A stretch of DNA of 63,174 bases, counting the filler, from Choristocarpus tenellus KU-1152 (lineage: Eukaryota > Protista > Phaeophyceae), in NCBI GenBank assembly GCA_964200185.2. It is 13 parts of 13 records of this genome, joined end to end, with 100 filler letters (N's around TTAATTAATTAA, not from the genome) between each part and the next. Parts side by side here need not be neighbours in the genome. Positions count along the whole stretch, not along the records: positions 29,245 to 37,775 come from CAXNAD020004616.1; positions 37,876 to 40,525 come from CAXNAD020025960.1; positions 40,626 to 44,426 come from CAXNAD020017842.1; positions 44,527 to 47,730 come from CAXNAD020021572.1; positions 47,831 to 55,540 come from CAXNAD020005710.1; 8 more parts are not named here. One strand, written 5' to 3'. Shown one piece after another: positions 37,301 to 50,859 of this stretch. The position numbers and the translations under genes are program-made. The notes beneath the pieces are model-generated. The model had not been told where the DNA came from, made no database searches, and saw only the letters and a list, made by a program, of their open reading frames with translations. The stretch's first letter is position 1; each line of letters starts with the position of its first letter.

Positions 37301-37998
37301 AGAGTGAAAGGTGTATGGGTTCCGTATTTCCACTCCTCGGGGGCCCTTGTTTCAGTATGTTTTGCTGTCCTCTGTAGTGAGTAATGTGCACTGAAGCCTT
37401 TTCGAGAGTGGTGGTATGAATTGAAAGCACTTGGAATTTTTTTTTTGTGCTGTAACTGCTGTCCTATTTCGCACAAGCACCCAGCTTAGAAGACAAGCGT
37501 CCAATCAAGAAAGGTTTCCGGCTCTATGTTGATGGTGTGGTCGGAGACCAGAGATGTTTTCTAATGCTATGGCCGTTGCTGTGGCTGTGTTTTTTTTTAC
37601 CTTTTTTTCTGATAGTAGTGATTCAATCCTTTGACAATGTAGTGACTTGTTCTATATCGAGAGGTTGTGATTGTTGGGGTTGTTTTCCTCTGAATGAGCA
37701 ATGATACCACTGCTGTGTAGATGGCGTGTGTCAGAGGATTATACGTTCTCGGTTGTTTTGGGGGGGTTTTCGGGGNNNNNNNNNNNNNNNNNNNNNNNNN
37801 NNNNNNNNNNNNNNNNNNNTTAATTAATTAANNNNNNNNNNNNNNNNNNNNNNNNNNNNNNNNNNNNNNNNNNNNATCTTTCATCAGAATCTTTGGGTAA
37901 CCTTCAAACAGTAACAGTACCCCCTCCAGGCTGTACCATTCTTCAGAGACAGCCCTAACCCTCAGTCCACAATCCCGATGTTCCCACGCCTCTCTTAC

Positions 37999-39387
37999 CT
38001 CTTAGTGTCAAGAGGGGGTTCAATAGCGGTAGCTTGAAGTCCAAGGAAGGGACCTTTCAGTGCCACCGTTGGCCAAACATCAACCTGGCACACATACACA
38101 TACACATACATACATACACATATATACACATAAATACATACATATACACCGAGTTTGTAAACAAAAGTGAGAGAGGCAATAGCCTATACTAGCATAAAAC
38201 GCAGTTTAAGCTTAACCCTAACACCTATCATTTTGATACACTCAATGCAAAACATTTTGGAACTGATCGCTCATGCAGAGGACCCCAGCTTCACCACCCT
38301 AGATTTGGCTCCAGTGGCACATAGTACCCTAGTGGGGGACTCAAGAGTCCATTCGGAGCCTGCATGACCCTGGAGTGAGTTCCATGTCATTTTAGTGAAC
38401 ACCTCAGATGCAAGGGTAATCAAAGTCTCCGGTTGGATACACCTTCCGTTTTCATCCCCCCACCAACTGGGCATCAAAGTGTGGCGTTATTCAACACACC
38501 CTACCAAGCCCCTGACGGACAACCTGGTCTAAACACTTCCTCCACCCTTCAAGATACCATGGGTCAGTCCATCCAACACAGCACCTCTCAGACCACAACC
38601 AACCCAGGTTGTGCTACCTATCAACCTCAGCTCAAGCAGAAACAAACACACTCACACAGCAAAAAAAAATCCCTGCCCATGCCACAGACAAACTAATCTT
38701 GAGGGCAACAACAGCACTACACATTTGACTTCCAAGGTGGGACGAGACGTACCAAGGGGGTGGGTGAGCAATGGAAAACTTACCCCAACCTCCAATAGGA
38801 AGGGCTCCCCAGGATTGAAGTAGTGCAAGAGGGTCTGTGGCTCCATCAACAGCTTAGCAGTGCCGATGGCCGGCTGTTCCAGGTCCTTGACGGCCTATTT
38901 CGTTTTTGTAATTATTTATTTTCAAAATTAAAAAAAAGAAAACAGATTTTTTGATTTTTTTTTAAATTTTTCATTCAAGATGCAGACAAGAAAAAGAGAG
39001 AGGATAGGATAGGATAGGATGGAATAGAACCGTTCTAAACACCACAAGTACATTCTTTTTTCAAATTCACTAAAGGATCCATCAAGAAAAAAAAAAGATA
39101 CTGCCTGTTTCATTATGGATAAAAAGGCGTTTTGACGGGATGACGTGCACATCAATAGATATGAATATTTGAATCAACTGTGACAGGACATTTTAGTTAT
39201 TTAGACTAGTCTGACGTGACATAAGCTTTGACAGCCCTACGACTACCCTGACACTAGAAGATGTCACATACAGATTTGTTGTAGCCCTACGACACAAAAG
39301 CAAAAATATTTTTCTGGGGGGAGGTATAAATTTAGTCCTCTGGTAGAACACGGTGGTGCCGAAAATAAAAAATAAAATAAAAAAAAA

Positions 39388-39423
<36 letters not shown>

Positions 39424-39764
39424 ATGATTGCATGCTCCTGTCAAACAGAAAAACAAGTACAATTGCATTGAAGAGGTTGAGTGCCGACAATATAGCACCA
39501 AAACAGAAAAAAAAACATCACTGCGTAGTTCTTTCATTCAATACAAAAAACACAAAAAAGAGAGGCGTTTGCTTCGTGTGCAAAAAACATTTAACAAAAA
39601 AAAAAGGAAACGAACAGATCCAAGGCCAAAAGAAAAAGAAGTACCGAAAAAAATCAAAACGCGTCACAGAACCACTCCTGACTCGCCTTGTCAATGACAG
39701 AATCAGTGATCAACTGCAGCGCTTCCCCCTTCACCTCGCCTGCCCCATAGTAGTTGACGATCAT
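37999..39764 (-). CDS. tig: Plastid (cyanobacterial-type) trigger factor, N-terminal domain exons
   Basis: Exons 39764-39687 (MIVNYYGAGEVKGEALQLITDSVIDK, GC donor), 38894-38784 (AVKDLEQPAIGTAKLLMEPQTLLHYFNPGEPFLLEVG) and 38084-37999 (VDVWPTVALKGPFLGLQATAIEPPLDTK). They match the AIG...L...F.PG.P.....VDV.P.V pattern of cyanobacterial/plastid TF. Confidence 0.8.
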
Positions 39765-39774
39765 CTATCCGTAC

Positions 39775-39812
<38 letters not shown>

Positions 39813-41527
39813 CAGACAGGCAAAATGTGAAAAAAATATGCCGTAAAATGAGAGGGAGTTGCACAAAAGGGTGGAGGCGGTTCAAGCAAGTAACGAGGGA
39901 GTTCCACTTTAAAATACGGAAAAAGTTAATGACAGTGGGACACGGCACTCTTAGGGCGAATGCGAGGCACAAGGAAAAAAAAGATAACCCGCGAGGAAAT
40001 TTCCAATTCGCTGAGAACCGGGTCGGAACAGTTGCATGGATGATGCTGTGTGGGATGAGGAGGATATTTATATATATATATATATGTATGGGGAAGAAAA
40101 AAGAGCAGTAAAAAAGAAATTGTCTCTCAATCTAGTCTGGTTTTGGTAGAAGCATCAAATTACATGTTTTAAAGTCATTTTAAAAATCCGTGGGGATTAC
40201 CAGAGAGAGAGATTTTCCCCACCCAGCTGCAAGCCTGATGATTTAAATCAAACAAAGATAGCAAGATGCGGTACCTGCGCAACTACTGTCAGTGTACAAA
40301 CTACGTAGACGACGCTTGGGAATTTTTTTAAATAAACAAAATGCGCTACAGTTGCACTTTTTACTCACTGTAAGTACCATTCCTTCCCGACCAATCCTCG
40401 AAACTATTCTATATCGAATCTAAAATAAATAAAATAATCTAAAATAGACATCTCCAGCCCTAACTCTTACAATCACGGTTCACTCCTCAAAAAAAATAAA
40501 ATAAGGGAGGGAGCGGGGGGTGGGGNNNNNNNNNNNNNNNNNNNNNNNNNNNNNNNNNNNNNNNNNNNNTTAATTAATTAANNNNNNNNNNNNNNNNNNN
40601 NNNNNNNNNNNNNNNNNNNNNNNNNTGTCCCACGCTGCGCGCCCGAGTTCAATGGCGTCCAGTACATGCGGCTGGTGGCCCTGCGCCAACCCTAACGTAT
40701 ACCATGGAGGTACCCACCGCACTTACGGCACTTATCGATTGTGTAGAAAGACGGACCCGGTGTGTTTGAAGGCATCTTGCAGAGGTTTCCCGCGGCACAA
40801 GGCATGGCTTCCACTTTATACCCCTACCAGCACTGTACTGCTGTATGGTAGCATGACTCAGGAAGAAAGGCACTTCTAACGAGAAATGTTTTACACGCGC
40901 GCCAAATTCGCGTGAAAATCTCTGTGATTTTGTGCCAAATCGCCCGAATACAAGAAATCCGGTACAAAATTGCATATTTTTCGATTTGGTTCATAATGTT
41001 TGGGCCCATAATAGGGATACCTACCTACTGTAGGAGATGGCAACTAACTTCTTTTACTCTTAAATATTCGTGTTTCGAAAATTTTGGGGAAAAGTGACTA
41101 GAACAACGTTACTTTTGGCTTGTATTAAAAAAATACTTACGCCAAAACACGAATACTGTCCGTTCTCCACTGATTTTTTTTTTCTAATTTTGGACAGAAT
41201 AATTGTAACAATAATAGTGAAGATAAATTTCCACTTTTCTCCATATTTTAGAGTTCTTCATTGTGGGAACAGGAATGTTCCATATTCCCTCCTCTCCGAT
41301 TTCCTTGTAAGAAAATGAAATATTTGTGGAGTGTTATTTTCTGTCTTCAAAAGAAACCTGTAGGATTCGAATCTTTATTGGGAAAAAATTCTCAACGACT
41401 ACTCTACCACCATTCTCAACGAACTCAATCCCACTCGTAGTAAAGTTGTATACCACCTATACCCCCACATCATACTCCCGTTCAAGGAAGATCACGTGCT
41501 CATACCCATTTCAACACAAAATACAGC

Positions 41528-43256
41528 ATGAACTTCTTTGCACTCGCCGCGTTTTTCTTTGCCACCCTCGGGCTTAGTGTGCCAGCAGTGGCCATGATGG
41601 ATGGAACGGCGTCACCCACCCCATCTCCTTTTTCCACCTCCTCGCCTACTAACTCCCCCTTCAATACCGTAACAGAAGGTGAGAAATGCTCAAAATTCGT
41701 CAAGAAAGCTGGAAAAGAGAGACAACAATATCCATCATCGTGTGGTGTCATCGCATCTTACTCTTTGCTTTCTTCCGTCGCACCGAATCCTGTCGATCCC
41801 TACAAATTCGTCGTACGAACTGCTACTCAGTCATCGTAAGTGATATAACAGGAATTGAGGTCAAGGCTCCGTCGTTCGATAGACGCAGTAGCAAACTAGG
41901 AGGATGCAAGCGGAGCGGGTGCAGGCCTAGGAGAGTCCTGGTATGTATCCATCCACTCTTGTAATCGGAAACCTGGTGGACATCATTCGATTCAAAAATG
42001 TCAACCTCACTGCCAAGCGAAGCTTCAAAGGTAGGTAGTCTTTCATATATCCTCTATTGAATCCTGGATCTAATCTGCTCGCCTCTTTCGACTTCCAAAA
42101 ATCACAGGATGAGAAGATCACAGCCGAGTCTCGCTGGTCGTGCAGGAAGAGCCTTCTGAGTCCCCTTGCACAACATTGTTCACTAACTTTTTTCTTGGAG
42201 GAACCCCAGAAAATAACTCGCATCGGAATAGGTAAGTCTCTCCACCCAACACTTAAATCACCCACGAGGTTGTGAAGGTGTGCACCCCATGATGTTGACA
42301 GGAATTCTTTAGATCTCTCGATCATGCGTGTTGTGTCTTTATTTTCGTTCACAATTATGTCAAGTGCAGGCGAAATAAACAAATGGACGAAGATGGCCAG
42401 CGCACGTCACATTGTCCTCTCAGTCCAATCTGGCAAAGTTCCTTATTTAACTTATTGACTCTTTTGCTCTACTTGACTTTTCAGCCTTCCACGAGGGCAA
42501 CCACAACATGCGCACTCTCGAGGTTGTATCCAATGGTAACGAGCTGCTTGATTTTATCACATCCAGCGGGAGAACCACTGGGCTGCAGGTAGGAACCTAT
42601 AGTCACTTTTGTGTTGCACTGTTAGTGTTCAGGAAGGAACCTATTACCTCCTTCATCAAAAATATACTTCGAAGTAGTCACAGTGAACGTAATGCACTAC
42701 TTCTAGTTTTCAAACTTTGGAAGTGTAGGAAACTTGAAAGAAAGCCTTGTCGACAGGTAATGTACATAGTGCTTAATCTCTTCAACCATCAAAGCATCGC
42801 TCACAAACGTTCTCTGATATTTCTCTCATGTCCAAAACAACTGCCCCTTGTTGCATGTGATTCCGTTAGTGGTTCAGGATCAATACTGAAAATGTCTCCA
42901 AATTGACCCTCAAATCCGTTGATCTAGATGAAGACGAGTGGATTGGCATCACTGAGGTAGGTGACCGTAATGTATAGAGCAAAGTCGTTCTAAGAAAGGT
43001 GGTAGGATATACCTCAATCTCATAAAGGCATACAGACACTCACGCAGTGGCATACTTGTAGCTCTATATGGATCTTGATGAAAGTGCTCAGAGTGCAGTG
43101 GCCTTGAGCTCAGCTATATTTTTGTTGCTTCGTTAAATTGTGTTGTCACCGACAAGTTCACACCACAAGCCAATATCCACCAGCCTCTCTCACAATGTCC
43201 AGTGTCGTTATCCACCTCACTTTTACTGGCAGGTTATGATTATGGTGGAATTCTAA
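41528..43256 (+). CDS. Complete secreted protein (192 aa): signal peptide, S/P/T linker, one galactose-binding-like (F5/8 type C, CBM32-like) domain
   Basis: Six GT-AG exons (41528-41678, 41852-41940, 42108-42231, 42485-42588, 42870-42956, 43233-43256) sum to 579 nt in one frame. Motifs GC...GC, D....ESRWSC, AFHEGN..MRT, TSSG.T.G and EWIGITEV are typical of a repeated brown-algal extracellular beta-sandwich domain. Confidence 0.88.
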
Positions 43257-44556
43257 CTGAACATACAGTTGGGACAGGCAGTCAAGGAAACAGTCGGCCC
43301 TTCCACAAGACTGATGGTGACCAAACAAGTGACTTCTTGGTGAACGGACAGAAGACAACATTATACAGATAAACCACATACTCTTTTGTTATTTATTTCT
43401 GCATGACGAGTAATTTTTGAAATCCTCTGACGTCTATGATTAGTTTTGGAAAAATAGTTTTGGAAATTTGTGTAGCACTGTCGTCATTACTAGATTTCCA
43501 CTTGTTAGTAAGGAAGAGAGGAAGGTGCAGTGTGATGTATGCCTAGAAATAGTTGTGATAATACAACTTGGGTCTCTAGGGGTCTTAATAATTTGCGGCA
43601 AATTTGCATGGATATGAAAAGTAGTGAGTGTAACCTGTTTAGTTCTGAAAGGGAAAAATAGGAACCTACTATTTCAGAACATAATGAGACTGGTGGAGTA
43701 CAGTCGCTGTGTTGTGATGTTCAATTACGAATGACACATTCCCTGGTTCTTGATTGATACTTCAAGGGAGTAGGTACGAGTTTGATTCATGCAGTTGTTT
43801 ACATGTGATCGGAAAATTTGGTAGACGGAAAATGGTAGCATTGTGGTGGGGAAGGAACTGACTCACATTGTGAAGTCAGGTTGGAGGGTGCTATGTGGTG
43901 TTGAAATATGGAGAGAAGAGAATCCCTAGCACTGGAAACTTAAGAGAAAACAATACAAAGATGTGAATTTGTGTGGCTTTGGGAAATAATTGTATTGGAT
44001 TGAGATAGTAGCATCGTATTGGGAGAAGGAATATCCAATTTTTGGAGGAGCGTGCTCTGTGTGATATTTGAGTGTGAACAAATGATATCTCTTGATGGCT
44101 GATTGGAGTTTCTATATTATGGCAAAATTTGGTTTGGGGATAGTGTGTCATTTAGTTTGTTACTGCTTGCTGGTGGGAAGGTCAGATTTGTCTACAACTA
44201 GCAGATACTGGGAGATCAACGTGGAATCCAGAAGGATTTGCTATATAGACAGGTTGCGAGTTATAAAATCGAGGTTGGTGCATTGACCTAAGCAATAAGA
44301 AAATGAGAGAAGAGCGTTTTTTGCTGTGTGTTTAAATTCCGTATAGGCTGCACTGTTACAGGCGCCCCTCAATGCTCACCTTCCAGGATGTACAACTCAA
44401 ATCCAACGACCTCAAAACGACGCTACNNNNNNNNNNNNNNNNNNNNNNNNNNNNNNNNNNNNNNNNNNNNTTAATTAATTAANNNNNNNNNNNNNNNNNN
44501 NNNNNNNNNNNNNNNNNNNNNNNNNNGAGCGGGGGAAAAAAAAAAAAAAAAAAAGT

Positions 44557-44727
44557 TGGGGGGGGGGGGGTTGTTTTTTACTCCAGGGTGTCCATTTGGG
44601 CCAAAATCAGGAAAAGTGCATTTGCATTATCCTTTGCATGTATGCAACCAAATCACCCAAAAATCGCGACATGAAGAAATTGACCCTCAAATGGACAGCC
44701 GCCACCCCCCCCCCCCAGATACTCTGG
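44557..44727. mobile_element. MITE family A, damaged ends, near contig start
   Basis: Full internal sequence GGGTGTCCATTTGGGCCAAAATCAGGAAAAG ... CAAATGGACAGCCGCCACCCC..CAGATACT. Confidence 0.85.
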
Positions 44728-45115
44728 AAGGCTCCATGCGGGAGAGATAAATGTGTGTGGTCTTGACTTGACATTGCTTTGTGTATATTGATGGTATTGG
44801 AGTTGTAGTAGTAGTAGTAGGAGTACTGTATATTGATACTCTCCCTTCATTAGTGTGGTAGTAAGTCTGGGGAGGGTGTGGGGGGGGAGAGGGGGGAGGG
44901 GTGAGTGGGCAATGTTGAGCATCCAGGCTACCCCAGCTAAATAAGACAATCAGAACAGAATTGCAACGTTCAGGTTTGGGGTTTTCAAAAAACCGCAACC
45001 AGCAGAACATTACAAAAATAAATAAGCATACATGAATATAAATATAAATATATTTAATATTTATATATTATGGAAGACGCCATGGCATAGGGGACCCCAA
45101 ACGAATTGTGCATCT

Positions 45116-45183
45116 GGCAGTCTTAGATGTGGCTTGTTTGAGTCTTAGATGTGTGGCAGTCTTAGATGTGTCTTGTTTGAGTC
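45116..45183 (+). repeat. Short compound tandem repeat (AGTCTTAGATGTG x3)
   Basis: GGCAGTCTTAGATGTG.CTTGTTTGAGTC is duplicated with an extra core between the copies. Confidence 0.75.
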
Positions 45184-47121
45184 AGACTGCCAAAGGAGCA
45201 GACCTGTCTGACAACGCCAGAAAAAGGTTAAGAGAGTTAAGGCTATAGCCCGCAGACATGGTCCAGAAGTATGAAGAGAGTGGTAGACATGGTACGGCTG
45301 GCGGGCATGCTTCAGGACACTTCAGAATATTGGAAGGCTTTTTAAAATGAGAATATGTCCAGTGTGCAGATTGGACGGGTTTTTTCATTGGCTGGCTTGG
45401 CTAACAACTAACAGGCCTGTTTTTAAAAATGAGAATAGGTGTGTGTGTGTGTGTGTGTGTGTGTTCTACCCCAGGTACTCAACCAAATGTACTATAGATA
45501 GATGGTCTGATGATGTGAAATGCATAGACAAGTCTAAGGGGCATGGTGAGTGCATGCATGCTCATGGTGGAATCTCTTCTTTTTTTTGTTTTTGACAGGT
45601 GTTTGGACTGACTGGAGAGTGCATTCTGAACACGCTTCGAAGGATGGGGGCCATTGTGGTGTGTGGGAGGGGGGTGAGGGTGGGGGGTGGGGGGGGGGGA
45701 TAGATGTAGGACAGAATGTATGTGTGGGCCTGAAGGTTTGAGTTGACCTGTGGGTCCAATGAGGTATCCTCGAATTGGATTAAACCCTCCGTTTGTTTTG
45801 TGGTTTGGTTTTGCAATGGTCACTGTGTGTACATGTCCAGCAGCTGCTGCTGCTGTTGTTGTAGGAGCGTTGATGGTGTTGATAGTATTCCTGACCGCAG
45901 GAGGCGTGATTGGTTTTCGGTTTTCATAGTGTACCGAACTCTTCTCTTTTATTAACTTTTTTTTTCTTCTTTTTCAAGGCTTAGGGGAGGTCCCCTCGAC
46001 GTAGGTAGTGGATTGATTGCTGTTGAATGTTAGGGGGCGCCTAGTCTCTCTTCCCTTCCGCCTTCCCACGCTCACTCTCTAAGAAACCCCTCTAAAGCTC
46101 TGTGGATTCTTCGCTACGTAAGGACGTGCGAGCAATGGCTCGTGCGTTTGCACACCATTTGCTCACCCTCTTATGTCTTTGGCAATGCTTCCTGGCACAG
46201 AAGCTGGTTGAGATTTAACCAATTATTTAACCGTGCCAACTCACCCCCCGTTGGCAACACGTACGGCAGCAGCTCTTACCTACACATTTTTTATTTTATT
46301 TATTATTATTTTTTATTTTAATCTGCTTTTAAAAAATCATTAAGCTCTAGTGACGGAAGACGAGGCGTTTGTTCCCTGAAAGACCATTACACACTTTTTT
46401 TTTCGTTCAAATTTTTGAGCGGGGGGAGGGACGGGACAGGACAGGACAAGACAGGACAGCTGGGGGATGATTCGATGCTATAAAACTCGATCGTCGTTTG
46501 TGTGTACTGCTGCTGCCTGCTGTTTCTTTTGTTTCCGATCTGCAATTCAAGATGCTATAAAGATGCTTTCACAAGATCTCATGACCTATGTGAAAGATGC
46601 TATAAAATAATTTTAATAATTTTATATTACAAGAAAAGGGAAGTGTCACAGGTGACGTAGGTGCGTTGTCTGATGCCATGTGAGGGGGCAGCGTCACGAT
46701 TCAACTAGTTCAATTTTGTATTGCATGTAATGGCGTTGTTTTTGTCAGTTCCCCTTGGATGATACATATTTTTTTCAATTCGTTTCAACCATCTCTTTTT
46801 TTTGTTTTTTGTTTTGCTTTGTTTTGTTTTGTTTTGAGCGGGGGAGTAGGGAAACCACTAGCTCGACCCGTGGTCAGAGCGAGGCACTTCGCACCGTAAT
46901 ACCCCCTCTCACTCTTCTTACTGAATAGTAGTAATTAATGATGATGATAATAATAATAATAATAAGAAGAAGAAGAATAAATGTATCGTGTGTGTTGGTT
47001 GAGTCTAGTCTTCCCGTAGGTCTTTGTTCCTCCTCCTCCTCCCTTGAATGTTGAGGGTCTTTGACCTCCATGTGTCTGTTTGCAACGAGGATTTGCCATC
47101 ACAATCACTCAGAATTTCCAC

Positions 47122-47335
47122 GTTATTATTATTATTGGTATGATTATTATTATTGTTGTTCTTCTTATTGTTATGATTATTATTATTGTTATTATTATTG
47201 TTATGATTATTATTATTGTTGTTCTTCTTCTTATTGTTATGATTATTATTATTGTTGTTCTTCTTCTTATTGTTATGATTATTATTATTGTTCTTCTTAT
47301 TGTTATTATTATCATTGTTATTATTATTACTGTTG
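47122..47335. repeat. Compound (ATT/GTT/CTT)n low-complexity tract
   Basis: Trinucleotide runs with a ~33-bp higher-order period. Confidence 0.9.
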
Positions 47336-47518
47336 TACCCTTGGAAGCGCTAGATTGATTTGTTTGATTGCTATCGTGTGTGTGTGTCTTCTTGGCACCC
47401 GAACAGACCCTTGTGCTACAGTCGCTTTTGACCACCCCTGATCCTGCTTCTCAACAGCCAAAGGAATGAGCCTTACCGCCTTTACTTGGCAGGAGTTTTG
47501 TTCCTCCGTGACATTGCT

Positions 47519-47580
47519 ATCTTATCTTAATATCGATGATCTTATCTTAATATCGATGATCTTATCTTAATATCGATGAT
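47519..47580 (+). repeat. 20-bp minisatellite (ATCTTATCTTAATATCGATG) x3
   Basis: Perfect tandem copies. Confidence 0.9.
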
Positions 47581-47613
47581 GCTCTCTTGTGTCTTGAGCT
47601 CATGCTCTCTCTC

Positions 47614-47648
<35 letters not shown>

Positions 47649-47711
47649 TTTATTTTTATATGTGTTTATTTCCTCGTTTGAGCACTGGTACTTGGAACAG
47701 GTTGTGGGGTA

Positions 47712-47730
47712 GGCTGAAAGTATCTGGGGG
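47712..47730. mobile_element. MITE family A left TIR at contig end
   Basis: GGCTGAAAGTATCTGGGGG. Confidence 0.75.
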
Positions 47731-47830
47731 NNNNNNNNNNNNNNNNNNNNNNNNNNNNNNNNNNNNNNNNNNNNTTAATTAATTAANNNNNNNNNNNNNN
47801 NNNNNNNNNNNNNNNNNNNNNNNNNNNNNN

Positions 47831-47884
47831 TGGTCAAGGCGCGAATGGACAGCCACAACCCCCCACCCCCGAATACTTTGAGCC
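47831..47884. mobile_element. MITE family A right end at contig start
   Basis: AATGGACAGCCACAACCCCCC..GAATACTTTGAGCC. Confidence 0.75.
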
Positions 47885-48864
47885 AGTAATATAATATTCA
47901 TATATATTATTACCATGTTTTTTGTTGGGATTAGGGTTACGGCATGGATTTCATGCATGTATATTGTCATGGATATGATGGGGGTCTGGTTATTACCGCA
48001 TTGCTTGGGTTCTGTTTCAACCTATACGCAAAAAGATAACTAAAGGTAGAAAGTAAAACTATAAATGAACAGCTCACAAATGAGATTTTTGTATTTCTAG
48101 AAGAGTAAAATAATAATGAATTGCAAGACAAAACAAAACTCCTCTATTTCCAAGGTGTCGCTTCAATCCTCTGAAAATGTATTGGACCCAGACCATAGCA
48201 AATAGGTGGGGTTGTCCTCTCTTATCATGGAAGCAACATGTATATATGGAGTGAGGTGGTGAGGAGGAGGATGAAATTCCGTGGTTGGCAAACTGAAGCA
48301 CCAATTACTTGTGAATGCAGAGATTGGTTGGAAGACACCTCCGTTTTGGACTTCTACATCAAATTGAATCGTCTAACGTAATAAAATATTTGAAATAAGT
48401 CGGCTAAAATTCTGTTCCAACCATGTCGTAGGGTTGTGTTATGTGTTATTGAGTATCTGAGTTCATTTCTGTCCCTGTTTGAGTATGTATTTGATATGAT
48501 GTCGCTTATGAAGTGGACATGGTCGTCTAATCGTATTAGCCTCATGGTGAATGCAATGATGAGCAGTAAATGACATTATGGAAATACAACAAGAGGCACA
48601 TGAATTACTTGTTCACCAGACATGCAAGCAGGGGGGGCTGTGATCGGAGGATAATAGCGTGAAGCAAATACACTCTCGAAACCACCAGAACCACTGCAAC
48701 ACCAAAGCACTATGACTTGATCAGAGTCAGAAATACCGATAAACCCTATAGTGCAAGCAATAGTGAATGACCTATTGCCAAACCCTTCGTCCCCTCCGCA
48801 TCTAACAACCACTGAGAATGGTTCTCGTGTTTAATGCGTTGCTTGTTGCTCGCAGAACCTGTAA

Positions 48865-49305
48865 GGAATTAGAAATTATGTATGAGATAATAATATTTAT
48901 AGATTAAAGGAGCCACAGGCTGAAAGTATCTGGGGGGGGGGGGCCATTCGGGTCCTAACCAGGAAAAGTTCACTTATGTTATCCATCCGATGCATGCAAC
49001 CAAACCACGCAAAAATCGTGACATGGGCAAATGGACGCCAAATGGACAGCCACCACCCCCCCCCCAGATACTTTGAGCCACAAGAATTTCTGTTCTTCCC
49101 CCAACATGATTAAAATTGAGAATTTAGAATTCACACATTAGAGGATATTACTTTAGGATTAATGGAGGCACATGAGTTTCTGTTATTTCCCCCTCATGAG
49201 TCAACATTTAGAATTTAACATTTAGAATTTAGACTTTACGAATTAGAGGATATTAGTTAAAGGTTACTCGAGGCACATGAATTTCTGCTCTTCCCCCTCA
49301 TGATA
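48865..49305 (+). repeat. ~95-105 bp tandem repeat x3, first unit interrupted by a MITE
   Basis: GAG(C/G)CACA.GA(A/G)TTTCTG.T.TT.CCCC..CATGA recurs three times. Confidence 0.75.
48918..49079. mobile_element. MITE family A, complete copy (162 bp), TSD ACA
   Basis: ACA-GGCTGAAAGTATCTGGGG ... CCCCAGATACTTTGAGCC-ACA. Confidence 0.92.
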
Positions 49306-49722
49306 ATACATCAACAAATATTATTGTGACTTGCTGCACTGATGCATATTTGGTGTTTGGTCTATGTGGTTTTAGCAGTTTTAGGTTTATTTTTTGTTAT
49401 ACATCTTGAAACAGGTGAGAGTCAGCAAACAAATTCTTCAGACTGATGGGGAGCATGTCCACATGAGGAATGGGAGAGAGACAAGGCACGGGGTGAAACA
49501 AGCATCAGAATGATACTCAGGAAAGGACTAGGTAAGTGAATGAGTGGAGCTTGCAAGCTCCTTTCAACAACCTGATGTTGACGTCATTAGGAAGGAATGC
49601 TGATGTCATATGAGGAAACAGAGACCTTGAAGTATATCTTCTAGAGGAAGGGCGCTTTAAAGGTATACGTTGGCATCAAGGTGGCTGTCACATCACCTCT
49701 CCTCCTATGTGAACTGATGAGT

Positions 49723-49908
49723 GGCTCAAAGTATCTGGGGGGGGGGTGGCGGCTGTCCATTTGGGGTCGATTTTTTCGTATCACGATTTTTGGGCGATTT
49801 GGTTGCATACGTAGGATGGACATTGTAAATGTACTTTTCCTGATTGTGACCCAAAATGGTCACCCTGATATAGACCCCCCCCCTCCCCCCCCCCAGATAC
49901 TTTGGGTT
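49723..49908. mobile_element. MITE family A, complete copy (186 bp)
   Basis: GGCTCAAAGTATCTGGGG ... CCCCAGATACTTTGGGTT; flanks AGT/ATT. Confidence 0.9.
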
Positions 49909-50859
49909 ATTATATCAGGACAACACAGGTGCCAATGGCAAATGGAGAAAGTGTGTTTGCAGAAGAAATTTGGTATTTACTTTGGAAGAAAAATAAAGTC
50001 TATAACAAAAGAATAATGTCAGGAATGACAGTTAAGAATATCTGCATGGTATGACAGATGCACAAAAAATATATGTGAGGGCACCTCACATCTTGGCAAT
50101 TGTAACTAAGAAAAATTTGGAGGGAACCAAATCTGTGTCAAATTCACCTTGATCAGGGGTGAGAGAAGAAACATGCCTACACCTACGGAAAGATCATAGT
50201 TTCAACGTATCCAATATGATCACATCTGGTCAAATCTTCGACATAAAAGCACATGGGCCAGGACTAGGCAGTCACAGCATGAGATTATATTCACTCGGTC
50301 AAGGAGATACGGAGGCAAAGTCATGGACCATCTTCTTCAATGAGGAAGGGGGAGGAAAGGCATAGGAGAGTACAACCTGGACCGCAGAAACTGGGATAGA
50401 ATTACAGCTGTTTACCTACAGCACCAAGTATTCTACATATTTACGTACAAAGAAATCAATGAAATAATACATGGATGTTCCAGTCTCAGCAACAGCAAAG
50501 AGATCGTTGGAAAGGAAAATATCGAACCTATTTAGCAAAGTTTTTAAAATATCCTACTTAGTATTTGATAAGAACTAAATAAATATACGTCCTCCATTTG
50601 GAATTAAATATAACATAACATTTGCCGCTCCGATGAAGAAGATTTTTTTTTTTCACATGTCCATATCGCATGGGTGTATTGTGTAGACACTGAAAGGTTG
50701 CCCAGCAAAATCTCAAGAAAAATGGGTAAGCCTAAACCTATCTATGATTCCAGCCTCAAAACCCTTGAAAACTCTATTCCAGCTCCGTATTTTTCTGCGT
50801 CCACCAGGGCATTTTGGGGGAGCTTGCCCACTTTCTCAGCCTTCTCCTTGCTAGGATGG

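Noticed and set aside
47061-47441. Cys/Tyr-rich or Ile-rich ORFs
   Set aside because: Translations of a trinucleotide microsatellite.
47459-47510. Possible PEP carboxylase exon (QRNEPYRLYLAG)
   Set aside because: Too short, with no supporting exons in the contig; could be chance.
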